This document shows positions 1-13,800 of a stretch of DNA of 64,000 bases, in pieces. The notes beneath the pieces were generated by a model that saw only the letters and a list, made by a program, of their open reading frames with translations, was not told the origin of the DNA and made no database searches. The stretch is taken from the NCBI GenBank assembly GCA_030141605.1, contig JAQGDQ010000004.1, positions 744,001-808,000 of the forward strand. Reading direction: 5' to 3'. Source of the stretch: Tubiluchus corallicola. Lineage: Eukaryota; Animalia; Priapulida. Every line of letters begins with the position of its first letter. Within the stretch, counting starts at the first letter, position 1. A program made the translations under genes and the position numbers.

Positions 1-1180
1 CAATTATTTCCTATTGATTTTTCATACACAGCTATACTACAGGTGGAAAACACATAATGCATAACGCATTCCGGATGCCTGGTAAACGCTACTTCAGGCT
101 GTATGACGTTACCACATGAGGGGCTCATTATTGTGTTGATTAACTATTTTTCTGAAAATATGTTCTAACTTATCGTCTTACCCACATAATATGTGGACAG
201 CAGAAAAGACAAGATTTAATTTTTGTCACACTGTGGATTTCTTGTTTTAATTAATTAACATTTTATTAACACGTAAATGTAATTATGCCACGAGCACTGT
301 ATATTTGTAATATGCGAAGACTTGAGAAAGTGTTTTAGTAATTACAGTATTGTGTTTGCTGTTTTACCAAAGACGTCAAAACAGAAAAATAAGGGGTTTT
401 CAGAAAAGGTTTTCCAGAGACATTTCAAAAGGGTGGAATAAGGGTTTATCAAATGATTTTGAAGGTTTTTTTAGAATGGATAGGGTAAGGGCTTTCACAA
501 ATATATGGACACATAAAAACCTCTTTCCTGCCCATTAACAAACCCTTATTCTAACAGTGTTGCTTTACAAGGGGAATTCAACATCCTGAGAAACATTGCA
601 GATTACTCTAATTGCTCTTCTCTGGATTTGGCACCGCTTACTCACTCTAAACAATATCACTAATATTTTGCCGACCACTTAAGAGTATTCAATAGTTTTA
701 CCTCTAACAATAGCAATTACTTTTGATTCGACCATTAATAACCAACGAAGCAGTTACATAATGCATTTTCTTAAACGTTTGTTAGTATCGGACGACGAGA
801 CAGCATCATCAAATATTTGTTGAAAAGTACTGGCTGTAACTGCCTTAAACTTTTGTAACTACTGAAACCTTTAGTATCATTATACTTTATATACAAGCAG
901 GTAATATTTGGAAGTTCTACCAAAAATAAGGTGAATAAAATTCAGAACTTTGGGTGCAAAAGCGATACAGTAATCCGACTTTCCATCGATTTTAACTCAT
1001 TGCCTCCTAACAGATAAGAAGGCAGCTACCAATCATACTGCCAAATTAGGCAGTTCAAAACACATTTGTTACTTAGTAATTAATCTAGTATGATCAACTA
1101 AGATCGAATGCGTTAGCGTAATAAATAGTAAAACTCTTGTGATATCCTCATTGTCAGCAGCATGCTAGCTTACAGCCACA

Positions 1181-1301
<121 letters not shown>

Positions 1302-3299
1302 GTTATTGATGACTACAACACAATTCAGTACAGTGCAGTACGGTGCGATGCAGTGCAGAGCAGTACAATACAATACACTTCAATACATACGCACCCATAC
1401 AGTTACTGTGTAACAACTAATGACTCCATGTTGGTTTCACAGCAAGAAATTCAAAACTCCTCAAAGTTTTGGGTTTTGAAGACCGAAAGCAGCTGTCGAA
1501 GCTCAACACGTACATGGTGAAAATCGGTTCAAGTCGGTTTAAAAACAAATTTGTTACATTACTGTTTCTTGTAACAGAAATAGTATTTGAACTTGGCTTC
1601 CCGATTTTTCATTTAATTGGTAACTAACATTGTTTAAACGCCAAGTAGCAGTTGTGTCATTTCTCTTTTCCTACCAGCTTGAATGTCCATGAAGTGTCAC
1701 CTTGACGTGACTGAAATACCTGTCAACTGCTTGTTACTTTTAGTTTGCGAATTGAACGCAGTGTAATATATTATTTCTAAAACATCTAAGAGAATTTATA
1801 ATCTATAGGACAACACCATAGTAAACTGACATTATTCTACAAAATTGCATACGAACGAGTTCTTCACAGGGCTATTTTGTGCCGTTGGATAGAGTTAATG
1901 TCTTACCTTCATAGCAGCTAGGAATGAAGAATTACTAGTGTACATACTTAAGTAATAAAAAATTTTGTACTGATAGGCCGTTCTTAGTTATTTTTGTTTG
2001 AAGCGAAATGTAGACCATCGAATCTCATCCAACACCTAATCAAAAGCCGACGTTCCTATACTTCGAAAAAACCTGCATTCAGCTGAACGCGGTCTGCACA
2101 ATGCTCTCATGCTTGTCAAGCTTTTCGGACTATTATTTATTCTTTCCAGTTAAGATTGTCGTTTATTATCTTCATGATTTTGACGTTAAGTTATGGCTGA
2201 ACTTAAGTTGCACATTTCTGGGAAAATATCTTCAATGAATTGTGTGCTAAGAATGTAATCAAAGATTGCACAATGATTTATAAACCCATTTACAGTTACA
2301 GCTTAAAAGTTAATCATTTTTCGTCAAAGCAGCAGGATCAAATTTTGATCCATGGCTTTTTATTTTCTCAATTCAAGAAAACTGTCGAGCGTAACCAAAG
2401 AGTAGGAATTAGTTTTTAAGCATCTAAATAGGATAAGGGCATTCCGATTCAAAATATCTTGTGGTGTCTGCATAACAGCGACTCAAACAATTCTTATATT
2501 CGTTATCAGCCATAATTTATTTACCATTTTTCACGCTTTGGTATGCCGCACAAGCTATAGGACTTCCCTACATACTTTTCATTTCATTAGGCATCTTAAA
2601 CATGGTGGTGCAGAACAAGATTTTACGAAGTAAAAAAAACTGAGAAAAGCCAAGTTGTGTAGCTATCACTAAAATTAACATGTGGTACACATAATTCGCG
2701 TAAATGTAGCTTTACGGGAAACAGGTTCATTGAGAAACTCGAATTGCCTAAGGAGAGTTGGACTGCCTTCTTACAAGAAGATTCAGACTACTATAACGCA
2801 GTCTATTATTTAGATTCAGTCTGTTATATAAAATGCTTAGGATATATATACATATAATGGAATGAAGAATTGCTAGTGTAAATTACTTAAGTAATAATTT
2901 TTTGTACTGATAGGAATAAGTATGACTTTAGGATAGATAGATCAGTATCTGCTGGTATTTCAGATAGGAATGAGTATGAGTTTAGGTGTGTTAGATATAC
3001 ATATATGTTAAGCATTTTATATAATGCCAATTTTATTTTAAGGACTGCAACCACGCAGTCTTGAGTTCGAGACTAGTAGCTGCTAACGCCAGGACATATA
3101 CCCTACATATTATTTGTTATTTGTGTGTTGCGACTTACCTGTATTGTTGTCGCTAAATAACCGTTAGTACTAATGTTGTCTGTTAAATGTGCGACGGTAA
3201 ATAAATCTTTTCTTTGTCTTTTGTCTTTTTAAGTAAAAGTAATTTGGCAATTTAGGTGGTAAATAATACGTTTGTTCGCCCATTGGCCTTTTTGTGTGT

Positions 3300-4060
3300 T
3301 CGAGAATTTACATTCCTTCTAATGCCGTTCCTCTTCTGACACTCATGTTCGATTCAGGAGACCAATCCTTGCGTGAATGTTGTGCTGCGTGTGCCACAGA
3401 TAATACTTAGTAGGAAACACGTTTGAGCTTGTGTAACCTACCACTGCTGTTGTTTTTCTTCTTCTCTTCACCTTTCGGCTTTGAAATGTTGGCGTTCCAT
3501 TGTGGATGGTCAGACACCAATTGTTACGTTACTGACGTTTTAACTGTTTTCAAATCCTTGACTATAATTCCAGTTCGTTTGAGTATGGATTTCAACTTGT
3601 CTTTGTAGGAGTGAAGAGGGAATTCTTGTGGTGTTTTGCTGATTGTGAGTTCTCTGAAAAAAGTTATAAAGCTTGGTTTTCCTCATTCTCCTGACTTGTC
3701 TTGGCAAACGAAGATAGTATTCATGAGAAGTGACTCGATGGTGTTGATACTAGTCACATTTGATGTTCAGGATGGAACGAGGCCCTTGCTGATGGAAGCG
3801 GTCATGCGTTTTGAAGTCAAGACCTTAGAGATAGACAAGTTTAAGATGACGACAGCTTGATAGACCATGAGTTTCATTTCTAGGTTGAGGTTTATGCTCT
3901 TTTCGTTTCACAGTTTTCTCACAGACCACGTAAACTGCTCCCATTCGATGCGTTACACCTTTCTTAGAAGTGCATTTGTTGGAGAGCAGACTTTCCTACG
4001 TATGGAAAGGGTCCACCTAATAGAGTAACGTGTCGGAGATAGTGATATTACATCCGTCGC
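3300..4060 (-). mobile_element. 3' fragment of an RTE-like LINE
   Basis: Minus-strand remnants such as SYKDKLKSILK and a terminal ARIGL motif, typical of RTE C-termini; highly decayed. Confidence 0.55.
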
Positions 4061-6321
4061 CAATAAATCAATTAGATCACCGGCTCACTTCACTTGAACT
4101 GCTTGCTTAATTTAATACATTAACTAAGCCATTTTATGAATTTATTTTACATAAAAACATTTACTTTACCGTACACTTTTCTAGAAATGCAGTAGCGAGT
4201 AGCGTATATATCTTTATTCAGATTTTCAGTAATCCGTGTTTTCATTAATACACCGACTAGGTTTTTTGAGAAGACAAAATCCCTGGGAAAATGCTTGCGC
4301 ATTACAAATTTTCTGGCAGATTATTTGTTGATGTAATACAGCTGTGTAGATTTCGGCAAGGTGAACTTCACAGCTCAAGATTAGTTGGGATTGTGTCATT
4401 AATAGTGACTGATTTGCGTTTGTAATTTGTAAATCAAGACTGAAAAGTTTACTCAAAACCTATTGTCAAAACGATGTGCAAGCAGGGAAAAATTTATACT
4501 GTCTTTAAAACAACATGTGTACAAGTCAGATGTAATTTTGAAAAACTGTCAAACTTCGGAAATGTGTAAAAACGGCTTCCGAAAAGTCGCGTTATTTGTT
4601 TATTTAATCTTCACGTAGTGCAGAAACAGCATTTTATGTACAAAGACAAAGTTATACTACCGAAGGTATATACCAAACAATAAATACACACAATGAATGA
4701 GGACGGTCATGCATGCAGGGGGCAAGACATTCTACGCTTTACCAAGTCTGTTAGAGAAAAACTATTTCAAATAATCAGTTCTAGAGGGACTGGAATTTCA
4801 TGTGGACTTATAACAGCTAATTACTTGAATTCAGGAGTAATTAAATTTTACTTGATTTTTCATTAAGGGTAGATCGATGGTTTCTTCCACTGTTGTCGAC
4901 AAAAGCGTGTTTCGGAATATCGACTCTGAGGAACGTCTTCTAAACAGAAGCTTTACTTTTACACGTCGCGGGAAAACCGGCAAATTAGATAATATTTTCG
5001 AGCCCTCTAATATCGAAAGTTTCTCAGATACGTGTCACAGCGTAATAAAGCCTGCAATACCTCAAAATCTGCAATCCTCATCGTAAGAATATTAGCAACA
5101 AACCTTTCATACTTGCCTACAAATACACACTGTAGGAACCAGAAACGAATTAATCTGTATTATTCATTGGCACATAATTATTAGTATTATTATTACATAA
5201 TTAACTGTATACAATTAACCACTTTCTTAACTGATTAATCCATAGTGCTATTTTACTTACGGACAAGTTGCTATTAAACGCAGAAATAGCGACTATTTTA
5301 ATGTATTTGGTTTGAATAGCTTAAGTTCATAATCTACATCATTTTGTTATTTCGTTCGTATGTTGCGCTTTCGACTGTTTCTTTGTTTTACCAATTTGCT
5401 TCTTCTTTCATTCGGTTTTTTGTTCGTTTGCTTATTTATTCACTAACTCGGTTATCCATTCATTCATTCATTCATTCACTAACTCGCCGCTTTTTCTTTC
5501 TTTTCCTCTTTCTTTTTTGCGTCTTTTTCTGCTATTCATTCATTTATTCGCTCATTCAATCTTTCTATAGTTAATGTTTGATTTTTTTGACCTTTTATTT
5601 TGTTTATAAACCATTTATTCGTTCACAGATTGGTTATTGTTCTATGTAAAACCGTGCACATAAATTGACACTCATGTAACAAAATGTGTGAAGCGTTAAG
5701 AAAAAAATACTGTATTTATGGGATTGGGCACCTGTCTAAACAAATCAATTTTCAACTGTTCCGCTTTGCGTTTATTGTTGAAGCAATTGAATTATTTCTA
5801 TTTTTATAATAACTCAGCTACGGTTTTGTGAGAATGAATTATAACAACATCGATATAACCGCAGTATGGACTTTCGGGCTTAGAAGCAAAAATACATTGA
5901 TTTTGCAGACCTCACCGAAACGCCTGACGGCATTCTTTACCGTTCCTAATAAATGTAATTGAGTTCTCACAAAACAATTTCCATTCACGTTTCGTAGGCT
6001 TTTAAGTTACACTAACATTTTAAGTGTCTGTACGTTCCTTTAAAGTGATTCCATAATCATTGACGTTGCCTAAGCAGCAGCGTAAAAATCTCATAATTTA
6101 AGTGACATCTGTTTTTACAATTATTGGGCTTAACTTCGTCGGACATATTGTGTTTTCAGTGCGGCGATGAAACTTTGGTAGTATAAATGCATGTGAATTG
6201 TAAACTATAAAAAAACTAGACGGCCAAGAGAAGAGTTCCTTGAATTAAATACGGCTCCAATAACCGTTTCTGTTAGCAAGCCTTTCACATATCAAACGCC
6301 CAGGATTGAGGAATTACAATT

Positions 6322-7345
6322 GAATGTAAATAAAAATATCACAGGTAAAATGGCACAGAAAAAATACCACAAGTGGAAAAGTAGGTAAAAATAGCACAGG
6401 TAAAAATGGTGTAGGAAAAATGTCACGGTAAAAATGGCACTGGAAAAGATGGCACATGAAAATGGCACAAATTGTAAAGTAAGAAAAAATGGCACATTTG
6501 GTAAAATATGAATATATTTGCATTAAGGTAGTGTTATACTAGAATCAGAAGCAAACAAATTTTAATTTTATTCGTTTGGAATAAATATTATAGTAAAGCA
6601 TGATATATTCAAGACACACGGGTTTCATTACAAAAAATATAGAAATATCTCATCATCACATGTAAAATATAATGTAAGACTCAAAACGTAGTAAAAGTCT
6701 TACAGTCAATAAAAACATTAAACCTTAAATAAAAATGACTAAAGAGTAATTAACTGGTAACTACAGATACCAGCATATATAGTTGTATATCCAGTCTTTT
6801 CATTGATGTATCGCTTGTATTGTTATTGTTTTACTCAAATAAATTAATCTACTTTTGGGTACTTTGAAGACCACGCTAGATATATTCATTGCGACGAACA
6901 CTGTAATTAGCTAATTAACAAACAGTGCGTTTTTTAACAATCAGTAATATGGTAATTTAGCGATTTTGCTTTGAATCTGTTACCTACTGATCCCGCTGCA
7001 GTTATTCCCATTGCTTAGGAATGTGTGGAAGCTGCATACACAATCGCTTTAATAGCAGTTTCTTTTTGAAGCTCTCCCTGCTTTGCACAGAACGTTTAAC
7101 GGACTATCAAAACACCTCATCCGAAAGTGAGTCTATTAATATGCGTCTACTGCATATTACATATTGCATCATATTTATTTTAATTATTTTCTTATTATTG
7201 AAATTATCTGTATCAAAGCAATACATGTGCTATATTTACCCACTTTTCTATTTGTACTATTTTTTCCTGTGCCACCTTTACCTACTGTTCCATTTGTGTC
7301 ATTTTTCTTGTGCCGTCTTTACCTGTGCATTTTTACTGCTCACCG
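6322..7345. mobile_element. Foldback-type non-autonomous DNA element with terminal inverted arrays of about 15-bp units
   Basis: Left arm 6341-6498 repeats GGTAAAAATGGCACA-like units. Right arm 7225-7345 repeats the reverse complement (TGTGCCATTTTTACC-like). AT-rich spacer; no target duplication resolved. Confidence 0.7.
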
Positions 7346-9630
7346 CGATATACATTGTCAATGTCACGTCAGAATAATAGAGCAGAAGACTGTATACAAA
7401 GTTTATTTCTATAAGCGTGTAACGGCTCGCACTTTCTCCTTTTTCCAATTTTTTTCCTTGCAGAAGCACTCAAAACTCAGGTCGATAAGATTTCTGCTGC
7501 AGTCATTTTAAATCTGCGAAGATTTGAAGTTGATGAGCCTTTTCAAACCACTCCTAAAGAGAAAAGACAAATAAGGTTACCAGGGATATTTAAAGATTGC
7601 TAGTGATTTTTCCATTTTCCCAAGACGCTGGCAGTCTTCTTGGCATACATTCATAGCTCGGCATACTGATAATCAAGCTTTGTTAATTGTTTTCGCTAAT
7701 GAGAAGGAAAAGTACAGCGTGGATGTTTTACAAATTTTGCCCTGTTTCACCTTGAGACAATAAATAGCTCTGATCAATGAAGTCTGATTGAACAGCAACC
7801 AACTACAAAGGCTTTAATAAAAAGAAACTGTTGGGGAAAATGAGCTGTCTCGGCTAAAATGCGAAATTTGATTAACGTTAAAAGATACAGATTACTTGGA
7901 ATGCCTCATTCGAACGGTACTTTTGTACTAAACGTATTGCCATTGTTCAGTTGCCAGTTAATTTATACTTAGTCAGTTTCAAGTCAAAAGTAGCAAGAAT
8001 TATAATTGAAGCATGCATAAAATGGAGCAAATAACATTAGATTTCTTTAAAAATAGGGACGGTACATAGATTTAAATTTATTGGAAGGTTCAATGTAAGC
8101 CTAAAAATAATTAGTTACACATATAATTGAGCTGTAATAACGTACAAGTATAAATATGAAGACGCAGAGAGCAACAGCAGCAGCAGCAGTAACAGCAGCA
8201 TCAGTAACAATCCTCTCCTTCCCTCTTCCCACTCCTGCTTAATCTCTGTTTTCTCGTCTCAATTCTCTTTGACTAATAAGGCATGCACATGCTCACTAAT
8301 AAAGCGCCGTATTAGTGTGCTGTGTGTGACGAAACGACAACATTGCACAATATTATTGTTAACAGAAATTATTGCAATATTATTGTAAAATGTGTTGTAC
8401 AGACTGTATAATTCATATTTTCTTACACTTTATTAAGAGCCTTTTAATAAGAGCTATTCGGTCTCATGGTCTTGTTTTTATAGACGTTTGTGCGTCCTTT
8501 ATGTCATATCCTTTATATGTTGTCAGCATAAGTGCACTTGGTCCTGCTGATTTCTTTTTTTTATACTATATTCAATACAGGTTTAAACGTCAATAAATAA
8601 ATAAATAAATAAAAAGATTGAGCAATATTGTCATCAATTTTATTATGCGCATGTATGCTAATTACCCGTTTTATCCATTTTTGTCATCGTCGCCATTTTT
8701 TACTGTGAGCTTATTGGCCTTTGTTTTTCATATGCCTACACCTTTTTCACTTTTGTCTTTGATAACTAGGTCTTTTCTTGTTTTCTCTTTATACGTTTTT
8801 CCTGTTATCTCTTTTGCGAGTTTCTTGTTGTGTCAATTATTTATCATTGCAGCTTCTGTTGATAATTATATGTGGCCAAAGAGAACTTTTCTTTCCGGGT
8901 GCACTGTATACAACATGAGTAATCTTCATTATCTCCACTAACTTAGTTGTAAGTTTGATTAAGAGTTGAAAGAGATGAACAGAGGCAGCAGATATTTCCT
9001 TATTCCGTTTTCGTTTTCCTGACTAGTTATTGGCTTTCTTGGTTACATACGTTCAGGATTATAGCTATAGCACTTTGAGTTTTTCGAGGCAAAATCGATC
9101 AGAAATCAATACATCTGAACTTGAATAATACGTAGACTCAGTCATTTTGTGTTATTGTTCTCACATTTTAAGCTTTTGCTATCTCTAGTCTGCAGGCCTA
9201 CGTACTCCGCCTATATTGGTTTAATAAATGAAGTATACCCCAAGTGCGACAGCCTTTAGTGCAATGAACCGCGAAAATAAACCAATAAAGTTGAGCTGAA
9301 ACAGCATTTGTACATTTGTGTGAGCGTTTAGACTGAAAACGCCACAATTTAATTCTTATTAATTATGAAAGAAATAATATGAGGCGAAAACGAGGTGGTG
9401 ATAAAATTGTTTCTTCTAGAGGTCTCTAGGCGATGCATTACGTTTAGGACGCGGAATGGTCCAAACAGAATACGTATTTGTATAGTTTAAGATGCCATTA
9501 AGTAATTAGTGATGGTGATATTATTGCAGGGTTCCAGTGCCATTTATGTCGTTTCTTATGATAGATTGATTCCTTCAGTTTAGACTTGTAGTTATTGAAC
9601 CTTTTTATTGAGAATTTTTAAATGTTCATA

Positions 9631-9666
9631 TGACTGACTGACTGACTGACTGACTGACTAACTGAC
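9631..9666 (+). repeat. (TGAC)n microsatellite
   Basis: Direct reading. Confidence 0.85.
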
Positions 9667-10113
9667 TTACTGGTTGGTTGATTAACTGCCCCGAACGAAT
9701 TACAAGCTGATTAACTGGCCCATTGACTAATTATTTCACTAAGTGATTGCAGAATGACTGACTAACTAAAATATGAGTAGAAATTAGTTATGCATAACAT
9801 TACTGTAGAAGTTTGCTTGTTTACCCAAAGCCCATACGGCATTTTCCTCATGGTAAGACTTTTGATTTACTATATTAATTTTATTAAATTACGGGGGTTG
9901 AAACCGACATTAAAGGTTCTGAATGTATGCATCGATCTTTCAAACTGCAAAAATAACGCAAAGAAAAGCAATTTAGTAATCAATTGGATAAACACGACAG
10001 AGTCTAAATTATTCTATTACTATAGGACGCCACAAAAATTTGTGACGAGGTTGAAATGCGTGAATAACGAATTAACTCAATTTGCGTTCACCTTCTGTTT
10101 ATTTTTTTTTCAG

Positions 10114-10812
10114 CAAAACAAAGCGAATGTAAACATCTTTATAGCAGGATACTCTTGTTCGTTGGCTTTTGTCAGCATTGCTCTATTTATATTCATTTAT
10201 TTTAAGTAAGTATCTATTGTTTTCTTACTTATTAGAAATTTATATAGAGAACCATGCAGTAAACGTAATAATAATGCGGTTGATGTTCACAACTCGAAAT
10301 TTGGTACCTCGGAGTCGCAATCTTGGACAACTCACTTTTCTATTATATTTTCATGATAGTATCAGTACAGTAATGTTGACAATTTTTATTCAGCCTGTGA
10401 ATTTTGCGTGATCGTGCAGCTCTTTCAATGATTACTCGTGCGCAATCGGATTTGTCATTGTTTTGCTATTAGGTAGATATATTTGGTAGTTATCACCACA
10501 ATTTCATATGTACAAATTTTCATTTCTTAAATTTTTTGTGAATCATAACGTGCCAACTAAATGCATTATCTGCTTGGCTTATGACTTAATGTGGTTCAGA
10601 ATCTGCTTTGATAATAAAAAGAATAATTTTCGTGCTGTTCAAACTACACGTCCTTGTGACATTCTATGGTAAGGAATAAACTGATTCGTCAGGAATACGA
10701 AATAAATGTTTTTTATTTGGACCGAGGACAAACAAACGTAATTGCTTTTTTTATAAAAAACAGAAACTATTTAATAGCAAAACTTGACGAATGCATCAAT
10801 AGTCACTTCCAC

Positions 10813-10846
<34 letters not shown>

Positions 10847-13800
10847 GCATAAGCGTACAAAAGAGACTGGGGGGGGGCTGTACCCCAGATTCGGACGAAC
10901 ATATTTTTCGGGCAATCATAAATTTTTTCGAGCATCGGCAAAAAGATGAAAAAAATAAAATAATATTGTAGCGGGTCGCAGGATTAAACCGTCACGGGCT
11001 TCGTGAAAATGTAGTGTATTGAATGTAAAATTGCCTGGGCCAATCAGAGCTCAGTTTTCTAGGCCAATTTTCTCGAGCGTGCAACCTGTTCTCGTAGATT
11101 CGAGGGCAGTGCGTTCTGGTCATGTTCGGCTTCGGTTTCATTTTGTTTTTTTTCTTCTTGCTTGCTGTTATTAAGTCAGTCGTGATTCAGTAATTTTTGG
11201 TTTAACCCTTGGTTTGCATCTCGACTCAACGCGTCAGTGTCAGCTGTAAACTGTTGTTAAGTGTTTCATTTTACTGTTTTTCTTTCTTTTCTTTTTTATA
11301 ATTTTCCTTAGTTAATTATGTATCCTCGCTATCATAGACGGCATCACACTGGTGTCAGAAGTGGGATTTCTCCGACTTTTGCTGAGAAAGTGCTCACTCC
11401 TGCTGTAAAGGTTGATAGAAGGCGGTTTGTTGATGGGGAGCCAACAGAACTTGCTTGTTCTGCGCGTTTCCCTTGCACACCGGTTTCGTCAATGCCGTTG
11501 AATTTTGAACACATTTGCGAGGAGCAGTTAGCTCAACTTGTAAACACATGTTCAGTTGCTGATTTAGAATTTGATAGAACAAAGAGCAATATTGATTCTG
11601 GTACATTGGCTCAGTCAGAAGATATTGAGTTTTTTGGTAATAATAGTGATGATGAATTCTCAATGGGCAAAAAGCGAAAATGCACTTGTATTCCTCTGAA
11701 TTCATCCTTGTATACTGGTCATGCTCAGTGCGATGTACATCGTGATGTGTCACGTTCTCATTTTGTCCAATCTGGTGATGTAGATGTCGGTCCTACCACG
11801 TCTTTCTACACTGTTGTGTCTACTGTTAGTAATTGTCTGACAGACACTACTTTTTCAGGACACTCGACGCGACCAAAAGTAAATTTAGGCGCACAAGTGT
11901 TACCGAGTACCCAAAATTTAGACAGTGATTTGGCAGAAGAAGTTCGTTCATTTAAACAAGAACTTGCGTCTCTGAATAGCCAATTCGCAGATTTAGGCAG
12001 CATCGTAGCTACCTTACCGCGCGCTATTTCGTTAGCACTTTCTGCAAAAAGTGAGCCGTAGACTGATACAGTAAAACGCGGTTATAGAACTGATATTCCA
12101 CGCTTGGAATTATCAGAAGGAACGCTTCCTAAGCATATAGCTAGTGTGCCCCGTGTACACTTTAAAGATTCTGAACCGACAGGACAAACGATAATGCATT
12201 CTAAAAATGTATGCGACACTCCCTTCGGTTATGGTTCGGCCAGTGATATTCAAAATGTTCCTGAAAAACCGAAATTCCTTGATAGAAACGCGCCTTTCGT
12301 ACAAACAAATTCTTGCTTTTAAGGTTTTAAGGAATGATGCTTTTAAGGCTCTACCCTTTTTTGATGGAGAAAATGTTGCCTGGGAAAGCTATGAAGCCCA
12401 ATTTCAATTATTAATGATTGCAAATAATTGGACCGATAATGAAGCTGGGACTCGTCTTGCCTTAAAGTTAAAAGGTGCAGCTGTAGGAATACTTGAGATA
12501 ATTCCTTTAGCCCAAAGGTCCAGTTATAAAAGTTTATCTACTGCATTAAGACGACGTTTTGGTACTCAACATAAACATAGTCTTTACAGAGCTCATTATA
12601 ATGCTCGTACGAGGCGTCCAGGCGAGGACTTACGCCAGTACGCTGAGCAGTTAAGAGTGCTGTATCACAGGGCTTTCCTACAGTTGATTCTGAAATTGTA
12701 GAACAACAATTAGTTCTCAAGTTTGTGGACGGACTGCTAGATGCGGATTTAGCAATTCACGAACAACAAAGCGCTCCCGAAAAGTTGGCTCATGCGCTTG
12801 CTACCGCTGTAACGGTCGAGTCAATTCGATCATCAGCTAAAGAAACGACTCCATCTCCTAATCAATTTCAAAAAAAGGTGCAGCAAAAGTACAGCCGTCA
12901 ATTACATGTGTTGAACCTGTGACACAGGCATCACGTACAGCATGTGCTGCCCAGTCTGCCTTGTCGAGCAGAGCAACAGCCCCTGCAGGGAGTGGTGCTC
13001 ATGTCACCTGTTTCAGGTGTGCCGGCTGGGGACATTTTGCTAGGCAATGCTCGACGCCTCCCGCCTCCAGTAAGGTTGTTCAAACCCGTCCGAATCGGGC
13101 AGTATTGGGCCCTAGGTCCAATCAGCAGCCGCAATTTCCTCCGTACATTGGTTATAGGAATTCTTGGCGACAATTTCCACCACCTCCACGAATAATAAAC
13201 CCCTACACGAATAATGATCAGTTTTGGCAACCAAGCTTCATGACTTCTCCTAGACAACCATTTTCTGGGCAAAATTTACAAACAAGCGTTCAAATTCCGA
13301 GAATGGTAGCATCTAAGACAGATATGGATATGGCGCAAATTTTGCAAAATGAAAACTCAAGTAAAGTCAGTTCTCAAGATGTTCAATCACTTTTTCAGTA
13401 GCGGGTAGCAAGAAACGGAGACAGCTTTCTGCCCCAGCATCGCCCACCGTCTCCATAGGCGTTACCGCACCGACTGCACAGGTGCAAACCGCATTTTCCG
13501 CACAATCGCGAAAAACTCAAACAAAAATAACCTGTCTGCATAGAAAGAAAAGGCGATCATTTATGCGTATACCAGCTAAAGTTCGAGATAGAAATGCGTA
13601 TACACAGCCTGCTATAGGGTTGTACATACCAGGTGTAATAAATGGTTGTGAATGTCGAATACTGATCGACTCGGTGCGACAATTACTATTGTTAAAAAGA
13701 GCTTCATTTCATTAAGTGTAGACAAGGAAATTTCGCTTAATAAAGAAAAAGCATTTGGAGCAAACAGGTCAGAAATTTCATTAATTGGCCCTCACAAAAT

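Noticed and set aside
6292-7511. Hydrophobic Phe/Cys-rich ORFs, and a possible CRISPR-like repeat array
   Set aside because: They are the tandem 15-bp arms of a foldback element; there are no unique spacers, no cas genes, and the DNA is eukaryotic.
11350-11368. tRNA gene fragment
   Set aside because: Only the 18-19 nt primer-binding complement is present, with no cloverleaf.
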